DNA from: Planctomycetota bacterium
GTDB lineage: Bacteria; Planctomycetota; B15-G4
Assembly (NCBI GenBank): GCA_038212275.1
Contig: JBBQUR010000013.1
Span: 82,122-146,121, forward strand
DNA length: 64,000 nt
Reading direction: 5' to 3'
In this document: positions 21,321-30,698 of the stretch, piece by piece
Layout of the letters: the number at the start of each line of letters is the position of its first letter
Numbering within the stretch: position 1 is the first letter of the stretch
Program-made: the position numbers and the translations under genes
Notes under the pieces: model-generated
The model's input: the letters and a program-made list of their open reading frames with translations, nothing else
Told to the model about the DNA's origin: nothing
The model's database searches: none

Positions 21321-21381
21321 AGCGCTCGGGGCCGTTCACGGCGCTCCCAGGGGGTGACGCGAGCGATCGTATCATCCGCGC

Positions 21382-22305
21382 ATGTCTCAACCCGCCGTCG
21401 ATCAGGACTGGCGCACGCACGTGCCGCGCACGAGGCCCTTCACCTCCGTGCTCATGTGCCCGCCCGAGCACTTCGAGGTCATCGACGAGAAGAACGCGTT
21501 CATGACCGGGCAGGTCGGCGCGGTGAATCGCGCGCGCGCCGGCAAGCAGTGGCAGGCGCTCGCGGACGCCTATCGCTCGCTGGGGGTGACGGTGCACGTC
21601 CTGCCCGCGGCGCGCGGACGCGAAGACATGGTCTTCACGGCGAATCCCGCACTCGTGCTGCCGGCCACGCAGGCATCCGATGCGAACTCCGGGGCCGAGC
21701 CCGCGGCGTCCGTCGTGATGTCGCGGATGAACCATGAAAGCAGGCAGGCCGAGGTCGCACCTCTGCAGGCGTGGCTCCGGCGTGCCGGACTGGAGCCGCT
21801 TTCCCTGCCAGCGGGATGCGGGCACCTCGAGGGTCACGGCGATGTGCTCGTCGTGCCCGGGCGCCGGCTGCTGCTCGGCGGCTTCGGCGGGCGCAGCGAT
21901 CCGGCCGCCCTCGCCGCAGCGGCCGAGCTTCTCGACGCGCCACTCGTGCCGCTCGCGCTGCGCGGCCAGCCCTTCTACCACCTGGACACCTGCCTGGCCG
22001 TCCTCGACGAGAACACGCTGTTGCTGCATCCGCCCGCGTTTCACGCCGAAGCGCTGACCACGCTGGCCGCGCTTTTCCCGCGTTGCATCGAGGCCGACGC
22101 TGCCGAGGCGTCCGCGCAGTTCGCCTGCAATGCGCACGCGCTCCGCGACGGCCATGTGCTCGTTCCGGCCGGTGCCCGACGCACCGCCGCCGCGCTCCGG
22201 GCTGCCGGCTATCGGCCGGTGCCCGTGGACGTGTCGGAATTCCACAAGTCCGGCGGCTCGATCTTCTGTCTCAAGCTCGAGTTGCCGGACCTGCCGGCGG
22301 CTTGA
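21382..22305 (+). CDS. Amidinotransferase/DDAH (pentein) family hydrolase, similar to the ArgZ N-terminal domain
   Basis: LMCPPEHF, DMVFTAN, LEGHGD, FYHLDTC, EFHKSGGSIFCL (catalytic Cys). Confidence 0.88.
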   Translation: MSQPAVDQDWRTHVPRTRPFTSVLMCPPEHFEVIDEKNAFMTGQVGAVNRARAGKQWQALADAYRSLGVTVHVLPAARGREDMVFTANPALVLPATQASDANSGAEPAASVVMSRMNHESRQAEVAPLQAWLRRAGLEPLSLPAGCGHLEGHGDVLVVPGRRLLLGGFGGRSDPAALAAAAELLDAPLVPLALRGQPFYHLDTCLAVLDENTLLLHPPAFHAEALTTLAALFPRCIEADAAEASAQFACNAHALRDGHVLVPAGARRTAAALRAAGYRPVPVDVSEFHKSGGSIFCLKLELPDLPAA

Positions 22306-22801
22306 GCTCCATCGCGCAGTCGACGACGCCACCCGTCAGCAGGCGCAGGCCGTGCACGAGCGCGGGCAGCACCGCGGCGAGGCACTCGCGAGCGCCCGCC
22401 GGACTGCCGGGCAGATTCACGACGAGGCTGCTGCCGACCGTGCCTGCCGTGGCCCGTGAGAGCGCGGCCGTCGGCACGGCGGCCAGCGATGCGGCGCGCA
22501 TCGCCTCGCCGAGACCGGGGATCTCGCGCTGCAGCACCTGCCTCGTCGCTTCCGGAGTCACGTCGCGCGGCCCGATGCCCGTGCCGCCGCTGGTCAGCAC
22601 GAGGTCCGCTTCCGCGCAGGCCGCACGCAATGCCGTCACCAGCGAGGCCTGATCATCGGGCACCGCCACGACGCCCCCCAGTTCGATGCCGACCGAAGCG
22701 AGGACAGTCGCCACTCCGGAAGCCGTCCGATCCTCGCGCTCGCCGCGCGACACGCGATCGCTGGCCAGGATCAGCCGGGCCCGGACGGGTCGGGAGGTCA
22801 C
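22271..22801 (-). CDS. mogA: MogA/MoaB family molybdenum cofactor biosynthesis protein
   Basis: SDRVSRGEREDRT, TSGGTGIGPRDVTPEAT, LSRATAG, VNLPGSP. Confidence 0.93.
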   Translation of the reverse strand: MTSRPVRARLILASDRVSRGEREDRTASGVATVLASVGIELGGVVAVPDDQASLVTALRAACAEADLVLTSGGTGIGPRDVTPEATRQVLQREIPGLGEAMRAASLAAVPTAALSRATAGTVGSSLVVNLPGSPAGARECLAAVLPALVHGLRLLTGGVVDCAMELKPPAGPATRA

Positions 22802-23274
22802 GGCGCCTTCCAGTCGCCGCTGCGACCACCGGACTTGGTGAGCAGGCGCAGGTCCGTGACCACGATGGTCTTCTCGACGGCCTTCAGCATGTCCACCAGC
22901 GTCAGCGCCGCGATCGCCGCCGCCGTGAAGGCTTCCATTTCCACGCCGGTGCGCCAGGTCGTGGCGACGCGCGCCTCGATCCTCAGCACGTCTTCCCCCT
23001 CGGGAGCGATCTGGACATCGATGGCATCCAGAGGCAGCGGATGGCAGAGCGGAATGAGCTCTGCGGTGCGCTTCGCGGCGCCGATGCCGGCCAATCGAGC
23101 GACCTCGATCACCGGCCCCTTGGGACCGAGCCCCGCGAGCGCCAGTGCGCGTGTGGCGGGCAGCATGCGCACCCTGGCGCCGGCGACGGCCACTCGCGCC
23201 GTCATGGGCTTGCTGCCCACATCCACCATGCGGCCCCGACCGAATTCATCGAGATGAGAGAGCGCGGCGTCCAT
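22798..23274 (-). CDS. moaC: Cyclic pyranopterin monophosphate synthase
   Basis: LSHLDEFGRGRMVDV, AAKRTAELIPLCHP, TGVEMEA, DMLKAV, KSGGRSG. Confidence 0.97.
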   Translation of the reverse strand: MDAALSHLDEFGRGRMVDVGSKPMTARVAVAGARVRMLPATRALALAGLGPKGPVIEVARLAGIGAAKRTAELIPLCHPLPLDAIDVQIAPEGEDVLRIEARVATTWRTGVEMEAFTAAAIAALTLVDMLKAVEKTIVVTDLRLLTKSGGRSGDWKAP

Positions 23275-23400
23275 GGGCACGCCATGATAGCGCCCCGACT
23301 GCGCGCGCAACCGGGAGCTCGAGCGCGGCTATCATGCGAACCCCACAGGCCAACACGCCTCCCGACCGACAAGTAGCTACCGCCTCCGCCGGAGTCCTCC

Positions 23401-25746
23401 ATGCTTGCGCTGCTTCTTGCTGCCCTGATGTCCCTCAACCTGGCGCAAACGGGCGACCTCTCGACCCGGATCGAGAGTCTGCTGAGCCAGCTCGAGAGCA
23501 GTCAGGGAGCTGCCACCTGGGACCTGGCCCGCGAGCTCGACGACACCGCCCGCGAGGATTCCATCGCCGCCGCGCCCCTTCTCGTGAAGGCCGCGGCGGG
23601 AAGCTCCGAGGCGGTCCGCGTGATCATCGGGGAGACGCTGGTCAGCCTGTCCGCGCCGGATGCAGCCGCCGTGGTCCTCATGCCGCTGGTCGGCGGGCCG
23701 CACTCGCGCGAGGCGCTGGCCGTGCTTGCGGACAGGAGCTTCCAGTCCGTGCCCGAGGTCGGCGATCGGCTGGCTGAGCGCCTCGCGCAGCCGCTGCCGG
23801 CCGAGGAACGCATCGAGCTGGCGCAGACCGTCTACATGGCCAGCAGCATCGCGACCCGCCAGCAGGCCCGCGGCGTGCTGCTCGATGCGCTGGAGAGCGA
23901 TGACGCGGACACGCGCGCGCTCGCGGCCTTCGCGCTGGCCGAACTGAAGGAATACCCGGTGGCGCGGCCCGTGCTCAGGACGCTGCAGTCCGACCCCGGG
24001 CCTCGCGGCCAGCTCGCACGTGCCTACCTCGCGGCCGACACCGCGATCGAGTACTACGCCTCCCGGCAGAACCGGCAGGTCGACCAGGTGTCGACGCGTG
24101 CCAACCCCGAGAGCACCTCCGCCAGCAAGGGCGGCGGCGGCGAGGGCACGCTCGACGTGCTCGATGAACTCATCAGCCGCGTCCAGGCCAACCACCTCAT
24201 GGGTGAGCAGCTTCAGGGCGCCAAGGGGCGCGAGTTCCTCATCACGGCGGCGGCCAAGGGCATGCTCGCGGCGCTCGACCCGCACTCCACTTACTTCAGC
24301 AGCAAGGAATACGAGCGCTGGATTCTCGACCTGCGCCGCAACTACGCGGGCATCGGCGCCTACGTCGACACCATCGAGGGCGACTTCACGATCACGCGCC
24401 CCATCTACAGCGGTCCGGCCTACAAGGCAGGCCTGCTCTCGGGCGACCGCATCTACAAGGTGGACGGCTGGGATACCCACGACCAGTCCAACGACGAGAT
24501 CATCAAGCGCCTCAAGGGCGAGCCCGGCACCGAGGTGAAGATCTCCGTGCTGCGCAACGGCTGGTCCGAACTGCGCGACTACGTCATCAACCGACAGGTC
24601 ATCCACATCGACAGCGTGACCTACGAGATGCTGCCGGGAAACATCGGCTACGCCGACGTCGGCGCGTTCGCGGAGAACACCAGCATCGAGCTTCACGACG
24701 CGCTGGTCGAACTGCGCAAGCAGGGCATGCGCGGCATGATTCTCGACCTGCGCAACAACTCCGGCGGCTATCTCGAGGAATCCGTGAAGGTCGCCTCGCT
24801 CTTCCTGCAGCCGGGCACTCTGGTGGTCTACACCGAGGGCCGCGCCGCGAAGCACGTCGAGTACCAGGCGGTGCAGGTGAAGGGCCGCTGGGACGGTCCG
24901 CTCGTGGTGCTGGTCAACGAGCGCAGCGCGAGTGCCAGCGAGATCGTCTCCGGCGCCTTGCAGGACACGCATCGCGCCACGCTCGTCGGTGAGCGCACCT
25001 TCGGCAAGGGTTCGGTGCAGCAGGCCATGCCGCTCGACACGCGCCCCGGCGACCGGCTCCTCACCGACCAGAACTACAACGGCGTCTATGACCCCGGCGA
25101 CGAGTACGAGGACCTCGACAAGAACGGCCAGTACACCTATCCGGTGAGCGTGAAGATCACCAACGCGCGCTACTACCTGCCGTCCGGGCGCTCGATCCAC
25201 ACCGAGCTCGACCTCGATGGCAAGGTCGTCAAGGAAGGCGGCGTGGTCCCGGACAAGGAGATCGCGTTCAAGGGCCTGCAGCCGTGGGAGAACAACGAGA
25301 TCGCGCAACTCTACGACGCGCTCATCAAGGCCGTGCCCGAAGGCGAGAAGTTCAAGGACCCGTTCCAGAAGTACGTGGACGAGCACTTCGACGCGAACCC
25401 CGCCCTCTTCAACGCCCTCGCACGCGGCGACGGCAAGGACGACATGCGCTACCCGGACTTCGATGCGTTGCGCACGAGCCTCGCCGACAGTCACCTTCCC
25501 GACGAGACGCTGCGCCGCCTGCTGCGCGCGCGCATCCGCGATCGCGTGGCCGACGACCGCGGCCGCCCGTTCCCGGGCGGCTTCCTCTTCGGCGACTGGC
25601 AGGAAGACAACCAGTTGCAGGAGGCGATCCGCATCGTCGCTCACGAAGCATCGCTGAACCTCGACGAGATCGAGGGCTACGCGCCCTTCGCGAAGGATCT
25701 CGCTGTGGAGACCAAGCCGGACAAGGCGGCGGCGTTGCCGCGCTGA
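23401..25746 (+). CDS. S41 C-terminal processing protease with N-terminal HEAT-like helical region and PDZ domain
   Basis: Signal peptide, LDPHSTYF, YAGIG, LDLRNNSGG, SASASEIVSGALQD (Ser), TFGKGSVQ (Lys), ARYYLPSGRSI. Confidence 0.93.
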   Translation: MLALLLAALMSLNLAQTGDLSTRIESLLSQLESSQGAATWDLARELDDTAREDSIAAAPLLVKAAAGSSEAVRVIIGETLVSLSAPDAAAVVLMPLVGGPHSREALAVLADRSFQSVPEVGDRLAERLAQPLPAEERIELAQTVYMASSIATRQQARGVLLDALESDDADTRALAAFALAELKEYPVARPVLRTLQSDPGPRGQLARAYLAADTAIEYYASRQNRQVDQVSTRANPESTSASKGGGGEGTLDVLDELISRVQANHLMGEQLQGAKGREFLITAAAKGMLAALDPHSTYFSSKEYERWILDLRRNYAGIGAYVDTIEGDFTITRPIYSGPAYKAGLLSGDRIYKVDGWDTHDQSNDEIIKRLKGEPGTEVKISVLRNGWSELRDYVINRQVIHIDSVTYEMLPGNIGYADVGAFAENTSIELHDALVELRKQGMRGMILDLRNNSGGYLEESVKVASLFLQPGTLVVYTEGRAAKHVEYQAVQVKGRWDGPLVVLVNERSASASEIVSGALQDTHRATLVGERTFGKGSVQQAMPLDTRPGDRLLTDQNYNGVYDPGDEYEDLDKNGQYTYPVSVKITNARYYLPSGRSIHTELDLDGKVVKEGGVVPDKEIAFKGLQPWENNEIAQLYDALIKAVPEGEKFKDPFQKYVDEHFDANPALFNALARGDGKDDMRYPDFDALRTSLADSHLPDETLRRLLRARIRDRVADDRGRPFPGGFLFGDWQEDNQLQEAIRIVAHEASLNLDEIEGYAPFAKDLAVETKPDKAAALPR

Positions 25747-25779
25747 GGGACGGTCGCGCTTGGGGCGCGGCTTCGCTTG

Positions 25780-25990
25780 GCCGGGGGCTGCCCTTGGGGG
25801 CGAGATGTGCGGGAGTCGCGTGGCACGGGGAGTGCGCGGGGCGGGAGGGTTGTCCGGCGCTGCGCCCGTGGGGCAACAGGACGCGCCATAATTTCGGGAG
25901 CGGCGCCCTTCGCGCCGGACAAACCTCCCGTCCCGCGCACACGCCGAGACACGGGGTTCCGTGCCATGCGGGGGTGGGGCAGGTCCCGGC
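25780..25990 (+). repeat. Dispersed nested-hairpin element, copy 1
   Basis: Inner arms 25832-25860 and 25912-25940 are 27/29 complementary. Outer stems TGGCACGG/CCGTGCCA and GCCGGG..GCTGCCC/GGGCAG..CCCGGC. About 85% identical over ~139 bp to the reverse complement of copy 2. Confidence 0.88.
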
Positions 25991-26517
25991 GGGCGCTTCG
26001 CTGCGCCTCACGCGTGGGGTCTTGGGGGAACGCATTCTCCGCAATGAGATGGTGATGGACTCGGCAGGCGGTCGGGCATCGCTTGAGCGGGGATGGGGAA
26101 ATTGCGGTGCTCGGCGCGTGATGCTCAAGTGCGGAATGCTCAGCACGCAATGATCAGAACGCAATGATCAAGCGGGCAATGTTCGGCGTGCACGGCGCAG
26201 CCTGGGATTCTCGGCGCGTGACGCTCAGCACGGGATGTTGAGCGCGTGCCTCTCGACGCGTACTTCCCAGCAAGTGCTGCTCAGCGCAGGATGAACTGAC
26301 GGGCGGCAGGCACAGAGGACGTGTCACGCAGTGGCGGAGACGGAACGCGTCGGCTGAAACGATTCGCAGTTCGGCAGCACACGACTTCGCAGCGCTCACG
26401 CTCCGGCGGCCGGCCGTCATTCGTCTCGGCCACCGCTCCGCCCGAGACACCGGCCAGGCGCGCTCGCCGTCCGGATGTTCAACCTCTGCGGGCGTGACAC
26501 GGCGTCGTGGAGCGCGA

Positions 26518-26756
26518 GCGCCGGCGGTGCTGACCGCCTCGCCTGGCACGGAAAAACGCGCCTCGGCGTGTGCGCGGGCCGGGCGGGTTGTCCGGCGCGT
26601 AGGGCGCCGCTCCCGGAACCGTGACGCGTCCATCCGCCCCACGGGCGCAGCGCCGGACAATCCTCCCGCCCCGCGCACCCCCCGCCCCAAGCGACGCACC
26701 TTCTCCCGCGCCCCCCGCGCGGTCAGCACCCCCGGCGCGGAAGCAGAACAAAGCCG
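26518..26756 (-). repeat. Dispersed nested-hairpin element, copy 2
   Basis: 20-bp outer inverted repeat 26518-26537 / 26719-26738 (19/20). Inner arms 26570-26598 / 26650-26678 (26/29). Begins immediately after the stop of the ABC/M1 gene. Confidence 0.9.
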
Positions 26757-29700
26757 TCAAAACCTGCTCCGCCCCGCCTCCCGTTTCAGCATCAGCACCT
26801 GCACATCCGGATCCACCAGCACCTCGGTCGGCTCGAAGTCGCAAGTCAGCACGATCGACCCGGACTGACCCGGCGCGAGGCGCACGGCGGTCCGCACCTC
26901 GCGGTAGTCGTCCTCGGGATCGGCCGCAGTCTTCGTGTCGCCCGGCGCGGTGTCGTCGTCCGGAAAACGCGTGCCGCGCACGGCGGCCACGTCGATCGTC
27001 GGGCTGCCGCTGCCGGCGTTGGTCAGTTGGCACGTGACCTGCCACCGGCCCGTGGCGCCAGGGAGCGGCGTGCGGACGGCGTCGGTGATGCGGTACTCGG
27101 GTACATCGGTGCCGAGGATCCAGCTCGCGGCAAAGGCGTCGAAGGCCGGCTTGTCCGCGGCGAACGGGCGCAGGCTGTCGAGCAGGTCCTCCATCACGGG
27201 ATGGTCGGGACCCGCGCTCCAGTGCTCGATGAAGGCGCGCAGCCCGGCGAACATCTCCTGTCGCCCCATCTGCCGGCTCAGCATCCAGAGCACGAGGCCG
27301 CCGCGGTCGTAGATGACGGAGGTGTCGCCGGCGCGCGAGCCGTCCACGCGTGCGAGCGAGCGCTCGTCGTCCTTCTGGCGGCTGTTGGCGTAGCGCGTCT
27401 CGAGCCGCTTGGCGAACTCGAGGCGATCGCGCTCGCCCTTCACCGCGTCGAGCAGCATGAGCGCGGAGAAATGCGACATGCCTTCCGCGAGCACCGCACC
27501 GCCAGGCGCCTTGCCCGGCACGAGGATGTTGCCCCACCACTGGTGCGCCGACTCGTGCGCCGTCACGGCGAAGGCCGCCGCCGAGCGCGGGTCGTCGTCG
27601 TTCAGGAAGCCGATGCCCTCGGAGAAGGTGATGTTGGTCGGGAAGCCCTGCGCGTAGCCGGCGAGCGCCGGGAATTCGCTGAGTTTCAGCTCCTGCCAGG
27701 GATAGGCGCCGAACCACTCGGAGTAGAGGCGGCGAGCGGCATCGAGCGCCGCGCCCATCGTCTCGATGTTGAAGGGATGTCCAGGGTCGTAATAGATCAC
27801 CGTGCCGTCGCCGCGCCGCTCGGCCCAGCGGCCGCACACGATGTTGAAGAAGTGCACCGGGTGATCGCTCACCCACTCGGTCGTGCGCAGGCCAGTCGCC
27901 TCGTCCACGGTGTCGGCCGTCCGCGTGCCGACGGAATTGAGCGTGTAGTCCTGCGGGCCGCGCAGCGTGATGCGCGTCGTGAACGGCACGCCGTAGCCGA
28001 GCGCCGGCTCCAGCACGCCGTCGCGGTAACCCTCGGGATACTCGCGTGCATCGGAGGCGTTGTCCTTGTCCACGCCGCGGCCTTCCATGAAGCCGATGAC
28101 GGGCGCGAAGCTGGTGCCGAAGCAGGTGAGCACCACGCCGGAGGGCAGGATGAACTCGCTGGCGCCGGCGCCGTTCTCCGAGATGCCGCGCGGGAAGGTG
28201 CCGGCGTAGCGGAAGCCGAGACGCACGCTCGCGCCGGGCGCGAGCGGCTCGGTCGGCTGCACCAGCCAGAGCTGCGCGGAGTCCTTGACCTTGATGGGAC
28301 GCCCGTCGAGAGTCCACTGCGGGCCGTCCGTCGCGGCGGTGTCGGCGGCATTCACGACGGCGTCCGCCGCGACTGCTGAGGTAGCGGTGCCGGTGTCGGC
28401 GGAGGGCGTTGCGTCCGGCGCGGCGCCGAGCAGTGGCACGGCGACGTCGGGGCGCGTCGCGGGAGGAGCCACCCAGTCACCCGCGCTGATGGGCAGCGTG
28501 GCCAGCGGCAGGTCGGTGCGATTCACCAGCAGGTAGCTGCCGGACACGGCGAACCAGCGGCGCGACGGGTCGAGGTCCACGAACAGCTCCATGTCCGCGA
28601 GCGCGGGCACGGGGCTGTCCTTCCAGGTCTGCACGTTCTTGCGCCAGTAGTCCTTGTCCTGCTTCTGCGCGACGTCGCCCTGGTAGCCCTGCGCCACGAG
28701 GTGCCAGAGCCAGGCACCCGACGCGATCGGCACGATCATCCACGGCAGCATGACCGCGAGGCCGCGCAGCAATCGCAGCGGCGCGAAGCGTTCGACGACC
28801 TGCGCCGCATCGCCGGCGCGGCGCGCATGCCAGCGCACGGCCAGCCGCATGCACAGCGCCGCGAGGCCGAGCACGAAGATCCGGTTCCACAGCAGGGCGC
28901 GGCCGTCGAGCTCGAAGGAGCCGAGGTCGCTCCAGTGCGTCGCACCCCACAGATACCAGTTGCCGACCCAGTTCATGTGGCCGCTGGCCTGCGCGTAGCC
29001 GGAGGCTCCGAGCGCCGCGAGGCCGATCGCATAGGTCGTGTAGCGGCTCTTCACGAGCACGTAGATCAGGGTGACGAAAGCGCTCCACAGCAGCAGCGTC
29101 GGCAGCAGCAGTCCCCAGAGCTGCACGAAGGGAAGCAGCGAGACGGGCACGCTGCCCTGCGCCAGCAGCACGCCGAGGCACGTGAGCAGGGTGGCCGCGA
29201 GCACGACGATCACCACGAGCCCGTTCGCCACGCACTTGCCCAGCAGGACCGATGCGGTGGACACGCCGGCGCCGTCCACGATGGGCAGCAGCCCGGTGCG
29301 CCGTTCCCGCTGCAGCGATTCGGTGTTGTAGAAGAGCAGCAGCAGGCAGAGCAGCAGCACCAGCGTGTTCATCGCGCCCGACGCGAGCAGTCCGGGCGTC
29401 GAGAGCATGGCCGTGTCGAAGGGGCCGACGGCGGAGAGCGCGCCGCCCAGCGTCTGCAGCACGATGAGCGGCACGAAGAGATACAGGCCGGCCTGACTGG
29501 CCAGTTCGCGCAGCTCGACGCGCGCGACGCTGACGAAGCCCTCCCACCAGGTCGGGGGCTCGGTGCGCATGAACAGCGCGGCGAGCGGCCGTGCCTCGGT
29601 GCGTGCCTGGCTCACGGCGCGCGCGGCGTGCCGTGCGCTCGAGCTGCCGGCGCCGAAGCGGCTGCTGTCGCCTGCGGGCCTGCCTGCGGCGGCGGCGATC

Positions 29701-30698
29701 GTCGCGGCCCCGTCGCCGGACAGCGCACCATGCGCCGACGTGCCATGCGCCGACGTGCCGAGCGCCGGCGTGCCGAGCCCCGACGTGCCGAGCGCCGGAG
29801 CCGCGGCGCTGCGAGCCGGCAGCGACGCAAGCGACGGACCGCGCTCGCCGCGCAGCGTGCTCTGGAAATGGCGTTTCGCGAACACGACGCCCAGCAGCCC
29901 GATGAGCACCAGCGCGACGCGGCTCGCGACGAAAGCCCCGTCGTAGAGCACGGGCTCGGAGTTGTAGAAGTCCACGCCGCGATCGACGCTGAGCCAGGTC
30001 TCGCGGATCCAGCGCACGCCGGCCGGATCGATGAGCATGAGCGCGTGGTTGATGCGCGCGTCCAGCCAGCTCGGATTCCAGAACCAGAGGAAGAAGGAGC
30101 ACAGCAGCAGCAGCGTGACCGGCAACACGAAGACGAGGATCGGGCGCCTGCTGCGCTCGCCGACCCAGAATGCCGTCCCTGCGAGGAAGACGATGCCCGG
30201 AAGCCCGAGCAGCAGCGCCGGCCGCAGGTAGTTCATCAGCTCGAACGGGCCGCGGAACTCCGCGACGGAGGCGCTCGCCGGAGCGTGATAGAAGGCCATG
30301 CACGCCAGCAGGTGCAGCCCGAGCACGAGCACGAACGCGGCCAGCACGGCGAGGAACTTGCCCCAGATGTACTCCGAGGGCCGCAGCGGCGTGCTGTGCA
30401 GCACCTCGCCGACCTTCAGCTCGTCGTCCTGAATCACGGCCATGCCGGCGGCGACGGCGACGAAGAAGGCATAGAAGATGAAGATCACCACCGAGAGCAT
30501 CTGTGCGATGGCGAACTCGGAGGTGATGAAGGCCTTGGTGCCGCCGACGTCGCTGCTGCCGGTGGCAATGCGCGCGCTGCCCGTCGACAGGCCCCACGTC
30601 AGCAGCACGAGCACGAGCACGAGCACCCAGATCAGCGGCCGCCTGCCGGCGTGCCGGAAATCCTGGGCGAAGACGGCGCGCACACGGGCGCCGTTCAC
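26757..30698 (-). CDS. ABC-2 permease / M1-family aminopeptidase fusion
   Basis: Two multi-TM permease halves (STPLRPSEYIWGKF; VLLGK) followed by a gluzincin domain with YAQGFP, HESAHQWWG...LAEG and YDRG. Confidence 0.9.
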   Translation of the reverse strand: MNGARVRAVFAQDFRHAGRRPLIWVLVLVLVLLTWGLSTGSARIATGSSDVGGTKAFITSEFAIAQMLSVVIFIFYAFFVAVAAGMAVIQDDELKVGEVLHSTPLRPSEYIWGKFLAVLAAFVLVLGLHLLACMAFYHAPASASVAEFRGPFELMNYLRPALLLGLPGIVFLAGTAFWVGERSRRPILVFVLPVTLLLLCSFFLWFWNPSWLDARINHALMLIDPAGVRWIRETWLSVDRGVDFYNSEPVLYDGAFVASRVALVLIGLLGVVFAKRHFQSTLRGERGPSLASLPARSAAAPALGTSGLGTPALGTSAHGTSAHGALSGDGAATIAAAAGRPAGDSSRFGAGSSSARHAARAVSQARTEARPLAALFMRTEPPTWWEGFVSVARVELRELASQAGLYLFVPLIVLQTLGGALSAVGPFDTAMLSTPGLLASGAMNTLVLLLCLLLLFYNTESLQRERRTGLLPIVDGAGVSTASVLLGKCVANGLVVIVVLAATLLTCLGVLLAQGSVPVSLLPFVQLWGLLLPTLLLWSAFVTLIYVLVKSRYTTYAIGLAALGASGYAQASGHMNWVGNWYLWGATHWSDLGSFELDGRALLWNRIFVLGLAALCMRLAVRWHARRAGDAAQVVERFAPLRLLRGLAVMLPWMIVPIASGAWLWHLVAQGYQGDVAQKQDKDYWRKNVQTWKDSPVPALADMELFVDLDPSRRWFAVSGSYLLVNRTDLPLATLPISAGDWVAPPATRPDVAVPLLGAAPDATPSADTGTATSAVAADAVVNAADTAATDGPQWTLDGRPIKVKDSAQLWLVQPTEPLAPGASVRLGFRYAGTFPRGISENGAGASEFILPSGVVLTCFGTSFAPVIGFMEGRGVDKDNASDAREYPEGYRDGVLEPALGYGVPFTTRITLRGPQDYTLNSVGTRTADTVDEATGLRTTEWVSDHPVHFFNIVCGRWAERRGDGTVIYYDPGHPFNIETMGAALDAARRLYSEWFGAYPWQELKLSEFPALAGYAQGFPTNITFSEGIGFLNDDDPRSAAAFAVTAHESAHQWWGNILVPGKAPGGAVLAEGMSHFSALMLLDAVKGERDRLEFAKRLETRYANSRQKDDERSLARVDGSRAGDTSVIYDRGGLVLWMLSRQMGRQEMFAGLRAFIEHWSAGPDHPVMEDLLDSLRPFAADKPAFDAFAASWILGTDVPEYRITDAVRTPLPGATGRWQVTCQLTNAGSGSPTIDVAAVRGTRFPDDDTAPGDTKTAADPEDDYREVRTAVRLAPGQSGSIVLTCDFEPTEVLVDPDVQVLMLKREAGRSRF
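29728..29800. repeat. ~5 x 15-bp degenerate tandem repeat in the inter-permease linker (GTSAH/GTPAL)
   Basis: CCATGCGCCGACGTG x2, CCGAGCGCCGGCGTG, CCGAGCCCCGACGTG, CCGAGCGCCGGAG. Confidence 0.85.

Noticed and set aside
26110..26295. Possible degenerate CRISPR array
   Set aside because: Only 2-3 poorly matching units with uneven spacing (100 and ~56 bp), and no cas genes in the window.
25780..26756. Hairpin elements as integron attC sites or intrinsic terminators
   Set aside because: No RYYYAAC/GTTRRRY ends and no integrase, and the flanking genes are large chromosomal genes. The hairpins are too long for terminators and lack a terminal U-tract.
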